A stretch of DNA of 64,000 bases from Polymyxa betae A26-41 (taxonomy: Eukaryota > Protista > Endomyxa: Phytomyxea). Below, piece by piece: positions 15,453 to 27,750 of the stretch. Both the position numbers and the translations under genes were made by a program. Location of the stretch: positions 62,001 through 126,000 of the forward strand of contig RBZT01000312.1 of the NCBI GenBank assembly GCA_003693705.1, in the 5' to 3' direction. The first letter of the stretch is position 1; each line of letters starts with the position of its first letter. The notes beneath the pieces were generated by a model. It saw only the letters and a list, made by a program, of their open reading frames with translations. It did no database searches and had not been told where the DNA came from.

Positions 15453-16425
15453 TCAATAGACAACTCGGAGAACTCCAAGAATTAAAGCTGCTAAAGATGC
15501 AGCAATACCGATTGTTGTCCTGATTATTCTGTTCTGGACTTGCTCTATAATATATATTAAGGTATGCAAAACATCTGGGCTCGTTTTGGGTTGTACCGTG
15601 TTCGGTCTCAAGGCGCGCCTTATTGGTGTCAATCTTCCTCTCCAGTCTTGATATTTCCTGAGAAATTTCCGATAAATTCGTCTAACAGAGCAGTCAGCCA
15701 ATGACTACAGAAAACGCCCACGAAATTACTTTTAACATGATATGAAGCTCGGAACTTAGCTTGAGATCATCGGTTTTAGTATTCTGCCTATGGGCATCCA
15801 AAAGATTCCGAATGGAAGCGAATTCTGCCTAAGGTTTGATAAGATCAAATCGGCAAATTCGCAGTCGATAAAAAATCCACGTTGGTAGTATCCTTCTGAT
15901 GGCGTATCCGCAAATCATTTTTAAGAGTTGCATTGAATATAGTTTCATTTAATTCGGATTTCAGTGCAGCAAAATCCACCCGGGATGCAAGTGTTGCAGT
16001 AGAAATGCGATATGCCTCCCTGGAACAGTTATTGCCAAAATCTCAGTAGGAAAAAGATTTCCATACTGAGTGGTTTGATGCAATGCTTGGAGGACAGCAA
16101 CCGCTTGCTGCTCCGTAAACCCGGCATCTCGCAATGTTCGTACTAGAGCGAAGCTATCAAAATGAGGCTAACATCGCATTGAAATGATGTTAATGGAAAC
16201 CAGCCAGTTTCCTACTAGAGAACCGCTAGCATAGGCAGAGGCTTGCTGCGCCGAGCGTACCTCGTTAGCTATGTTAGCGACGCTTCTCATGACGGGGATT
16301 TCCTCCTCGGCGCCTTCGGTTGCTGGGGCTGCCGGTGTTGGGCCATCGTTTTTATAACGCCGTAGGACTAGATGCTGCCGATAAGCAACAGTTAGGAACG
16401 GTTGCCGGCAACGAGCGAGTGCCAT
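15453..16425 (-). CDS. DUF1640 / FMP32 / MCUR1-CCDC90-like mitochondrial coiled-coil protein
   Basis: Basic N-terminal presequence; head motif PHFDSFALVRTLRDAGFTEQQA; coiled coil; C-terminal TM IIRTTIGIAASLAALILGVLRVVY*. Confidence 0.8.
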
Positions 16426-16653
16426 TTAGTAATGGGAGTAACAGAAGAAGGTCCAGCCGCCAGTAACTGCAACTGTGATACGTATGTAGTTATATACTGC
16501 ACTAACGCTGTGCAGTGTCACTGGAGAAACAATGTCAACTTTGCGAAATCTCGCCGATAACACTTTCTACAAATACACGTATGATGGTACCATGAAGGTT
16601 GAGAGGACTTGCAGCAGATATTTTCTAGAACAGATATGGAACGATTTATTGTT

Positions 16654-19257
16654 TTATGCAGCAGGCCTGATCTCCTCTTGATCTAACTCCATCTGCCTGC
16701 GGCGGCAACGGCTCATCAGGAATTCCAGCTGATATTTGTTAGAATCGCAAACTGAGCTCAGATTGCGGTGCACTTTAAATAAATTCTTCTGCAGGCTGCG
16801 AAATGAGCTCATCAGCTGGTTAGAATGGCGCCTACAGTAATCGCCATGTTGCATTAATAACTGAACAGCCCAGAGAAGGTAAATCTCAAGTTCAGTACGC
16901 TGTTCGATGCCATCAGAAACCAAATTCATGATGCGTTCGACGAAGTGTAAAGGGATAGATCGAACAGTAAGACCAATGTCATCGATAGGCGTTCGAACAA
17001 TAATCGCATGGAGTGGGACGGATTCGTTCAACCTGAGCGCCATCAACAGAGCTTTCGAATATTCACAGTTTTTGAGCGTCGACAGGATTGTAGCTGGAGT
17101 GATATCAATATCCAAATCGACCGGATCGAACAGCAGTTCTTGATCCAAAGAATGGATCAATAACCCTTCAGTAGCAGCTGCAGCCCATGCACGGCCCGTG
17201 GGTGAGAATCGCAGACTTCTGCAACGAACTGCTCGTGGGACGCGTCTGGATGAATAATCACCGCGATGCACACCGGGTAGGTCGTCACGTTTCGCTAGTC
17301 GAGTATTGAGATCGTCGTCTTCGGAATCGCTTGCGTTAATATCGTCGATATTGCCACTGTCGGTCATGCGCTTGCTGTTGAGTTGATCTTGAACACCGTC
17401 TAAAGCGCGATTGCAGGAAATCTTGAAATTGCGAAGAAGGGAACGTTGCTCGACATCGTATAGACAAATGTTGTTGCTATCACCGCCGGCAAGGATGCCT
17501 TTACCATCAGCAGAGTATGAAATAGTGGTGAATGCGATTCCTTCAGTAGAGCTAACATTCGCTCGTTGACGACCGCCTTTGATATCTTGCTTACACTCGA
17601 TGGTACCCTTAAGAGTGCTTTGATTGACATCCCAGAAATAAAGTTGGCCGTCCAATGATGATGTGCACAATTCGTTACCATCCGCTCGAAAGGCGACAGC
17701 CAAAACGTCGGAATTATGGTTCAAAGTATCGATAGTAGCCTTCCGCTCGAAAACATCCCATACTTTGGCAGTTTTGTCCCAGCTAGCCGATGCAAGAATG
17801 GATTGTTCTGGAGAGAACGATAACGAGCAGACAGGTCCTTCGTGGCCGGACAGAACATCAAGCAACCGACCGGTTTGAAGCGACCAGACAAAAATGTCGA
17901 ATGGGTCCATAGCACCGGCACAAACTATTTCACCAGAAGGGTCAATAGCCAAGGATAGAAACTGACACGTTGTGGGAGTCACCAGCGTTCGGAAATTTCG
18001 ATAACGAATCAGATCAAAAGCACGAACAGTTCCGTCTAGTGAGGCAGACAACACAACATTCCCAGCCGAAGTGAACTCAATGGCACTAATTGGACCAGTA
18101 TGGTCAGTGAAGGTAGCAAAACAAAATCCGCTGGTGCTATTCCAGATCTTGACTTTGCCGTCTTCACCACCTGTTGCCATTAATTGCCCATCCGGAGAAT
18201 ATGCCACAGCTGTGACATCATTGCTATGCCCTTGTTGTTTCAAGACATATGTCTCAGATTGCCACTCCCAAACCAATAGCTGGCCTAGAGCATCGGAACC
18301 GAATGCCAGCCATTCTCCGGTCGGGTTGATAGCAACTGAAGTAATATGATGCTGAGATATGGATAGTGAATGGATCTCATGACAAGAGGGAAGTTCATGA
18401 AGCGAGAACACGCCAGAGCTGAACCCAACAGCAACGAAATTTAAATCGTTGTTTTGATGAAATGCAGCACATTCCACTTTAGCGTGATCTTTCGAAAACA
18501 AGTGCTTTCTTTCCAGCGAGAATTTCCCGCCAGCGAGTGACTTAGAATCGTCCTCACTCAGAAAAGACCAAATGAACATAGCTCCATCTTTCGCGACGGT
18601 ATATAGGTTGTCTTCCGAATCGATGAACGATGCCATCGTCATGCTTCGGTGCCCATTCAAAGTCAACGGATGAAACCCATCGATGGGATCCCGCGAGAAC
18701 ATCTTGACCGAGTTATCCCTGGAGCAGGTGAAGATGAATTGTGAATCATGAGACCAATTGATGTGAGTGATATCATCATAATGTCCACCATACGTGCGAT
18801 ATAGAGTGAATGGGGCATATTGAGTTACCAATGTCGGCGCAACCCAGATCTGTAAGTGCTTGCCTTTAGTGACAGCAATGTATTTCGAGTCAGGACTGTA
18901 TTTGATATCGGTGATAGGCTCCTTAAAGGTGAAGCGGTTTAGGACGACTCGCTTGTGGTAGTTGGCCAGAATTGCCCGGCCGTCGACGTCGACCGAGATC
19001 AGCGTTTGTCCGTTGGGGCTGAGAGCAATCCGGGTGATGTTGTTCTGGTTTTCAAAGGGGAAAGTGGAGCATTTATGGCTGTTCAGACATCATCAGTAAA
19101 TCTCGAACATTGGCGGTGGTACGTACTTGACGAGATCGAAGACCGAAACGCGATTACCAACAGGGCTGAGGACGCAGTTCCCGTCTTTCGAAAAGATAAG
19201 ATTCCCTCCATTAAATGAGCTCCCACATAGGTTCGAAAACTCGAACGAAATCTTCAT
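16654..19257 (-). CDS. PWP2: Periodic tryptophan protein 2 (UTP1), WD40 SSU-processome subunit
   Basis: N-terminal FEFSNLCG...LSPVGNRVSVFDL; GQLLVWEWQSETYVLKQQGH; DGTVRAFDLIRYRNFRT; FSPTGRAWAAAATEGLLI; FDPVDLDIDITP (Utp12 domain); one intron near the 5' end. Confidence 0.95.
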
Positions 19258-19802
19258 GGGCTCGAAGAGAAAATCAAGCAGAGCTTCTGGGGAACCAAAC
19301 AGGTAAATCGCTGACGGATTCCGATAACGGTCATGAAGTCCGTGCGGACTTCAGTCGAAAAAATCAGTGGAAAATTTCCAACAAACGTGGGAAATTTGAA
19401 GTTATTTACTTAAATTATTCAACTTATCGGAAATGACTTGCTCACCTTGGCGATATGCACAAGGAATGATTTCTCTTGAAGGCGCTTTTCGATCCAGATG
19501 ACGATGAGCTTGTATCAGGTTATGAGCAGGACACAGAAAGTGTAAGTTAGAGATGATGGTAATGCGGAGTTGGTTGGGGACCCCTACACCCCATTATCTT
19601 CTGAATCGTCCTCCCCCTTTGTATTGTAGCTGCTGTTGGGTCTCGCAGGGGAGTGCGGGCAATTTAGATTCTCTCTGCGCGTATGTATGAGTGCGCCCTG
19701 ATCTCTTGAAACCTGTGACGATTTCTGATTACCAGCGCCGAGCACCCCATCAATTCTCTTTGAACAGATTTTTCAGATCAGCCGACGCGTTCGTCATCGT
19801 TG

Positions 19803-21195
19803 ATGAGCGGTCTGCATTGGAGAGTCAGAGCGCGAGAATCGGGTGCTCTGGGCGCCCCATGGAAAATCAGTCGGAATTCGGATAGAAGACGATTCGCTGA
19901 GATAAAATTACAAGCTGAGGCAGACACCCATGATGTTCACGAGGCTAGGAAATTGCCATTACTAAGAAGGCGCTCAGATATAACCGAGATGATGATTGCT
20001 GGAGACCTGCTGCTTGCTTTGACCCAGACTGGAGTCTGTGTCGCTTTCAACAGCAGAACCCTCAAACGGGTTTGCTATCTGAACATTGCCGAAGACGAGA
20101 TCATTCGTAGCTTGTTTTACAATAAGACAAATTCCTCTATAATTACTGTATCAGTGTTTCGACATGATCACTACAGCTCGTTAAACTGTCGTTCGACCCC
20201 GATCGAAGCCATACAAGCTGGAAATCCTCGGCTGGGAATTCCAGTTTTCCAGTCTGAGTCGCTACGATATCCTGGGTTTATAGAATTTGATGAGGTCAAC
20301 TCGAAGATCTTGACATATTCTGCAAATGATTGGTACGCTAGAGACATCTGCTCTGCATGTAATCTCATTTCCTCTTAGTCATTACAAGGTCTGGGAATTA
20401 ACGAAGTATACCCCATTGCATACATTCTGCGATTCCAGGATTGCTGAGGTTAAAGTTAGGTAATCCAAGCTATGTCGCATCGTCGCTTTCCATTTATGTA
20501 TTTTGTATAGTCTAGGCATCATGCTCTTCATATACCAACACACTAAGTCAAACTTGCCTCTCAAGCTTGTCGACATCAATAATGGAGTCGAACTGAAAAC
20601 TCTTAATCATTTGATTAAGAGAAATCGCAAGATCGATTTCGTTGAACTGTTTAGCGATAAACTGCTAATCAAGCAGGCCGGAGAGAATTTGATTATCATT
20701 GACGTTTGCACTGGAATCGCTACTGAAGTCCCGCAAGCCGATTTCCCTACTCCTTCAGCGTTCATTTTCCTATACGAAAATCAGTTATTTCTGACGTTCA
20801 GGGACAGCCAAATTCTCGCCTGGAATTTTAAAGGCCAAATTGTGACAAGATTTGAGGATCACACCTTGTTCAGCTCAGGTATTATAAATGGCCTGCTTGC
20901 TCGTTCAACAATTCAGTGTAGCTTCTTAGATTTTCACTCTAACCTGATATACATTCCTCGTGCCCAAGATCTGATTGTTTCACACTGCATTTCGGAGAAA
21001 AGCACCCGAGGAAGCATCAACATCTCCAGTATTCTTACAGGAAAAGTTCTAGGAAAGATATCGTGTCCTGACAATGAATGCTATTCCGCCAGAGGGATCG
21101 CTTTAGACAATGTCACTTCGGTTTGTTACTGTGAAAGATCAGGCACGATCTACACTGGCAACAGCACCGGCATGGTTTATGCATGGAGCACTTGA
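19803..21195 (+). CDS. Conserved uncharacterised WD40-like beta-propeller protein (family I recall from plants and algae); true start may lie upstream
   Basis: DEIIRSLFYNKTNSSIITVSV, LRYPGFIEFDEVNSKILTYSA, PSAFIFLYENQLFLTF, VTRFEDHTL, GSINISSILTGK, IYTGNSTG. Confidence 0.75.
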
Positions 21196-21611
21196 TCCCT
21201 TCGCTTAATTTAATTAATTTCTTAGAAATAAGCATGTATAAAAAATATACACCTCTGGTTCTCAAACGGAGATCCGAAATGCTTTGAGAATTTGAGTAAT
21301 AATCAAATAATCAACATTGTACCCTTAAATGTAGACAGATATTCAGGGCCCAAATGTAACGTTTCACCAAACGGCGGGGCCTTCGCAAATTTATCTTGCA
21401 TGTTTTTTGGAAGGTTTTAATCTTTTTTCAACACAGCCCGTCTTATAGTTGGGTTGACTGATCAACCTTCATTGTGATGCACGGTAGGTCTGCTAATCCT
21501 AGTACTCCTCTGTCGTTTATTGATCATTCGGTGAAACGATTCGGCCGGGTAGATCGCGAAAATTTGACGCCGTCGCCGGATCTCTTTAATCGGCTTCGAA
21601 TTAGTTCGGAA

Positions 21612-22802
21612 ATGCCGGATACCGGCTCGTTGCCACGACCTGGCTCTCCACCCGATTGGGCCCTATCCACAAGAAAACTTGATGATCGAGTAACGGGCGT
21701 TTTATTTCCGAGGTCATTTTTCTCAATTTTACCAGGCTTCCGAGCTTGCAAGATTCAAAAGACTTTATGAGGCGAAACTTGAAAAATTGGAGATTCATCG
21801 CTGTGAACTTGATGGTGAACTGGGATACGTTCAATTGTTTTCTGTCTAACATAATCGCAGCGTGGGAACAAAAACTCTCTGAATGGAAGCGGCAAATGAC
21901 GGAACGTCACCAGACGTTAGAAAGGGCTCTCGAAGAGAAAATCAAATCGCATAATGCTCAGGTGCTCCTGTTTGAAGAGCAAAAACGTGCTGAAAGGGAA
22001 GCGCTTCAATTAGAGAAGGATTCTTTTCGAAGAAGCAGACTTCAAGCTGCAAGCGATCTCGACGAGCAACGCTCTGTTATCCGGTACCGTAATAAGGAGT
22101 TATCTGAACAAGAGAGGTTGCTTGGTCCTCGGATATCGGCTTGCGACAAGCAACAGGCTGAGCTTGACGAAAGGGAGATGAAATTGAAAGCTCAGGAAGA
22201 ACAATTTGCTGAACGTGAGGCTGCTCTCAAAGAAAAGGAACTCAAATGTAACAAGCTTTTGGCAGAGCTGGCCAAAAAGGAAGCAGACTTAAACGACAGA
22301 GAAGAGTCGATTGAAGACCTTCAGAAGGGTCTTCGAGTTAAGTTAAGAGAAAGCGAAAAGTGTCTTGAAGATCTCGATGCGAAAGAACAAGCTATGCTGT
22401 CACAGAAATCTGAATTCGACGAAAGGCAGAAGCTGCTTGACGCTGTCGCTAAAGAGCAAGAACTCAGAGAACAGGAACTCCAAGACAAAGAGAATGAGTT
22501 CAAAAGACGGGAAGAGGAGCTGTTTAAGTCCTTAGAAGAAGCAAGCTGGAATATCGTGGAATCCGAGCGTGAGATCGCTGAGAAATCGAAGTATCCGACT
22601 GTATGTGCCGTTCGCTGTTTTTAACTGGACTCATAGGGAGATCGAACGGAAAATTGCTGAAAACGAGGAGCTATCGAGAAGGATAACGAAATGGAATGAC
22701 GAGCTTCGTGTACAAAACGAAAAAGCTTCGATCAGGGAGAAAGATCTGGAAGCCAGAGAGGAGTATTTATCCAAGTACTTTTCAGCTTTTCAACCGATAT
22801 AA
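21612..22802 (+). CDS. Long E/K/R-rich coiled-coil protein
   Basis: Heptad-rich ORF 21746-22624 plus flanking exons; ends approximate. Confidence 0.65.
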
Positions 22803-22867
22803 TTGTATCTGTATTATTGTATTTATATATTTATGCATCCTATAAACATATCCGACTAGGGACTCGA

Positions 22868-25569
22868 TTACAATGCTTCTTTCGTAGGATCTGCAGTATT
22901 ACTGCCTTCGTTCTTTTCTGGATATTGTTCTCCAGTTTCCACAGTGACGGCTGTACCTGAATTCTCTTGATCTCTGGCAGGAGTGGGTTCGCCTTTCAGC
23001 CGCCTCTCCTGAGAAACATCCTCTTTCTCAAGCTTCGATTTCTCATTTTCTTCTGCAATCCATTGCATGAGTTTCTGTTGCAGCATCTTTCTGTTTTTTA
23101 CACATTTTTGCATTTGGTCGCGAATCGCGAACTTTTTCATTTCGATCATATCTTCAGCCCATTGTTGTCTATCCTTCTCAATCTGTTGCTTTACAATGTT
23201 CACATTTTCAAGCAATTCTTGTTCGCTGAATTCATGTTGCGCCAAAACTGCCTCTTTCTTATCAGCAATATCTTTCCTCAATTTTTCTTCGAGTTTCGCC
23301 AAAGTTTCAGAGTTCTTCTGTCTTAGCGCTTTCAGTTTCTGTTCAGCATCTTTGATCTGTTTCCTGTCACTTTCGTCACGATGCTCTTTCTCCAATAACC
23401 ACCGTTTTTCATTAGTTTCGTACCAAGACCGAAATCCAAGAATTTCGTAATCCATTTGCAATAAAATATCCTGTGCCAATCCGCTGAGTCTCCTCTTATC
23501 GGTTTCAGCTTTCACGATTCTCAACTGAGCCTGATTAAAAGCCTCTATATAGTCCTCGATAATCTGTAAGCATTCTGGTCTATTGTGGAGGATCAGGATC
23601 GGGGTTCTGTATACATAATTATACCTACAGAGTCATATTGGCCCTGGGATCATCCCAGGAAGTCGTCTTCGTCTTATGATCTTTATAGTACACGGTACCA
23701 TTCTTATCAAGATGTTGCGAATATCGAGAAGGCATTCCTCTTGGATCAACTGTCGTCATCAGACCTTTATATAAAAACATGGGTTTGGCAATATGGCCGC
23801 CCGATTCCAGAACCAAATCCCATTCCACCGGGAGACCACGTGGGTCAATCCACGTGCTCGATTTGGCTGTGTACGAATAAAAGAACACTTTTCCATCCAG
23901 TGTCATACTCTGCTCCCAGCCTGTATCACATTTCAGGTCAAATTTTGAGAGCAATAATGTCATAACCTGGAGGGAGATATCTCGGATCAGACCATGTGGT
24001 TTGTTTCGTTGGATGATAACGAAAGAAAACATATCCTTCCGAGTCCACGCTTAACGACCAGCCTCTTGGAAGGGCTGCATAAACGGTTAAATTTGCATCA
24101 TATTTGTTGGACAACATCCAACTCTGAACGCTCTCATCAGTGGTCCATTTTCGCTGCTTTCCGATGACAAGGAGATCTGATGGATCATATGGAATAGTTG
24201 GCGCTCTCCAACATATCGAGCTACGAAGTGATGCGAACCGATCCAGACCCATACCATTCTTGGGTATTTCATCTAACTTGTATGATAAGATCCGTTAGAC
24301 AGCATAGTTGCTACTTCGTACCAAGACAATTTCTGGGGATCTCTATATCTGGCCATGATATTGGTCCAGGATGCACACCTGTGATATGGTTATCTCCCAA
24401 TCTCTAACAGTTTACTCGTTACCATGCTCGGTATTCGATCCGCTCAGCATCTGAGCTACCTTTGGACCATTCATAAACAGAATCGTTCCTGATACAAGTT
24501 TAATAAGAACCTGTAAATATTAGCAGCAGTACCGCTAATGTGTAATTCATTATGGCCCTGGCAGAAAACATCCTCATTAAAAAGCTGCATTTCTGAATTA
24601 GCTGGATGAAAACGTGTTAACGATAGCCGACATCGACCAATCTCATTCCAGACAGGCTCCTGTAAAGCTCAATATTGTTAAGTTCAAAGAAAGCCATCAA
24701 ACCTTGCCGTCTTCAATTGTTCCGAAATACACCGCAACGTATACAAATGAGTTTTCAAAGTCCATTACAGAGGCTGAAACTGTTTGCGGCTCGATACTTT
24801 GAAATCGAACTTTCAAACGATCAACAACATCGGCCACTTCTGAGTGATGTCTAATGTCCTGTCTGCAGTTGCAAGTTTTTCAGACCTAGTGTTAACTTTT
24901 GACAGTATCCACTGTTCACCGTTCTGAGTAAAAGATCCCGATCTTCGCTTTTGTCGACGATGAGAGCGGCGGAATGCACCGCTCCATGACGAGTTCGACA
25001 TTGGAAATGCAGTAAATCAAATTCGGACAGAATTCTGTCATTTCGACAATAAAGGTAACCCGGCCAGCAGGCGACCCAGCGTGTCTCTCCAGCTGAATGT
25101 CTTGCGACATCTTTAGCCAAAAGTTAAGGAAGTGGAAATAAAATAGTTGTTTAAATACGGGTCCGGTAGCAATGGTATGGAGATCGATTGCCGCTTTGCC
25201 GAGAAATATCGCCTCTGGCTCGTTCTTGTCATAAGCACTAATCTCCAGGTTTAATTCTGTCAAGTCTTCAACGGTCTCAAACATGAAACTGAAAGTTGTA
25301 CTCCAGTTTGGTTCGTCCTCTAAATAATGTCATCAGAATGACGAGCGCCTTAGCGCAATTACCATTCTCAAGGCATTCTGTCTGAAGAACCCGGAAACCC
25401 TGAGCAAAATTGATCCGGCAGAAAGGCGAAATAATATGCTCGGGATCGCTTTAGATCAATCAGCACAAAGAATACAAACCTGACTGAAAACTAACGGATG
25501 TGGCGGACAAACGAGGCCGCTAGCACCGATCTCGGCAATGTTGATGATATAACAACGAAGTCCTTCCAT
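22868..25569 (-). CDS. C2-domain + four tandem WW domains + C-terminal coiled-coil protein
   Basis: C2: EPNWSTTFSF, LEISAYDKN...FLGKAAIDL. WW: LPRGWS...TTWSDPR, LPPGWEQ...STWIDPR, LPVEWD...VDPR, MPSRYS...YYKDHKTKTTSWDDPR. Coiled coil in the last exon. Confidence 0.8.
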
Positions 25570-26007
25570 GTAAGACAACGACCGTTGCAGTCACACGTGT
25601 GCTTGATTTTGCCTCAATGAAATCGATTTGGAACGGGAGCAAATCATAATGCTTTTTAGCGCGACCGGCAAAGATAGCCATCGCTTCTTTTGGATAGAAG
25701 AAAAATCATATTTGACGATAAGAATAATCGTCTTTCTGCCGAAGCACGAATAGGCTGAAGCCAGTTCAGATGACGAGCCATTCCTCCCATCGATAACCAA
25801 ACATAGACATGACAATATCAGAATGATGTTTGAAAAACGGAGGCAAGTTGACTGCTGTGATTTGTATAATTTATAAGTTACGCAGTTATGTGAGCTCTAT
25901 CGTCGCGCATCTTATTTCTGTAAACGCGTCTCTTTCACCATTTTATAACCGATTGGTGTCCCAAGTGTCTCAAGTGGAGGTGCTCAAGGTCAAGGTTTCT
26001 TGTCAGA

Positions 26008-26819
26008 ATGGCCAGCAGCACAGGCGGCGCTCCGCCTAACAATAAAATGTTCCAGTTTAAACTGGTTTTGCTCGGCGATTCAGCCGTCGGCAAGAGCTCG
26101 CTGGTGCTTCGCTTTGTGAAAGGGCAATTTTTCGAATATCAAGAGAGTACCATTGGAGGTTGGACTTTATTTCATTGTTCCCCCTATCTAACAGTATCTG
26201 CTGTAGCTGCTTTCTTGACCCAAACCGTTGTCGTGCAGGATTACACCGTCAAGTTTGAGATAGTGAGCTGCTCCGTCTGTGTTCAGCGCCAATGCTAATT
26301 GTTATACAGTGGGATACCGCTGGTCAAGAAAGATATCACAGCTTGGCCCCAATGTATTATCGTGGAGCAGCAGCCGCTGTCGTCGTTTACGATATCACTA
26401 GTGAACAGTCATTTGAAAGAGCAAAGAAATGGATTGCTGAGTTAAGGCAACTTGGGAGTGCTGATATGGTCATTGCGCTAGGTATCGATTTCTGTTCGTT
26501 TTGGATTATAACTAAGAATTATTAGCTGGCAACAAGACCGATCTTGAGGCGCAACGCCAAGTAAGTTCCGAAGTAGCGAAGGCTTATGCCGACGAGCAAG
26601 ATATCTTCTTCACTGAAACATCAGCTAAAACGGCTGATAATGTTAATGAACTCTTTGTTACAATTGCTCGGAAGTTGCCCAAGGTTAATATCAATTTTGT
26701 CCTTGGTCGCGATTTTTAAGCGTTTGCAGGTTTTTGCTCCTCAAGAAACGAAGACTGGCAGCATTGTTGTGGACAATACTGGAATAACAGAATCAAAGAC
26801 TGGCTGTTGTGCACATTAG
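26008..26819 (+). CDS. RAB5: Rab5 small GTPase
   Basis: [55 protein letters not shown]-terminal CC prenylation motif. Confidence 0.95.
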
Positions 26820-27750
26820 GCAAAATTTTCGCCTCCAATTATGATTTAGATCTACAGCTTGATACTGACCGAGTCTGATAGCCAATTGCGATACTCTATC
26901 TTTGCATACGGTTGAGCAAGAGGTGATTTTACTATTGCTAAATATGATAATCATCGTCATTATGCTGTTTATTCAGAATGCTCAGTAGACTTATCATTTG
27001 CTGTTATGATTAGATGAATTGGCTGCTTGCTTCAATCTCGCAGTAGATTTCGTAATTTACCTCGTGCTCTTTTTGATTGCAAATAAGGTTGTCATTGCAG
27101 ACAAATCTAATATTCCTGCCGCTGCTTTGATAGCGAAATTCCTTTTTGAGGTAATCCGCTTAACTTCCAGACATTCCGGAAAATCCGGTCATATGTCAAA
27201 CACCGCGTGACGCTCTCGTTCCGCTGTTCGCTCGCAGAATTTCAAAGGCCGGGCTGAACGGCAAGGAAGGTTCTTCATCTCACGCACTAAGTGCTTCTTT
27301 CTCGAAAACAAGGTTGGAGCGACCTTTTGTCGCCGACCACTGGCAACGACGTCGTTTAACCAGGAAAGCAAAAATAGTGAATCATAAACAATTTTACACA
27401 ATTGCAGCGCTCTGTTTAAGCCCAGCATTAACAAAAACCTCAACTTTGACGGTTTGTATTTGGTCCTATGTACTGTAGCTTGCTGGATAGTTATAATTTT
27501 TCCAAATATTGTGGGAATCAAAGAGCAGCCTGAGCAGGGCGAAAATTTTGGTCATGCAGATTTGTTATTCGGATGGGAGTTCAAATTACTATCCGAGAGA
27601 GGCCGCTCTGTTAAGTTTCAGACTAAGGTGGAACGAAAAGGATCGAAGACGAGCAATTAAGTAGCCCTCAACACTAACCAAGGCTGGTTGCATTCCTGAT
27701 TTTATTTTTCCAGACACTGCTGCAAAGAGTGTCCATCGTAATCTGTTAGC

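Noticed and set aside
22967-23450. Antisense hydrophobic ORFs opposite coiled-coil genes (also 57641-58316)
   Set aside because: These are shadow frames produced by E/K/Q-rich codons on the coding strand
26830-27720. Stop-interrupted minus-strand reading frames between RAB5 and the giant gene
   Set aside because: I could not build a consistent spliced ORF or recognise a family; it may be a decayed gene but is unsupported
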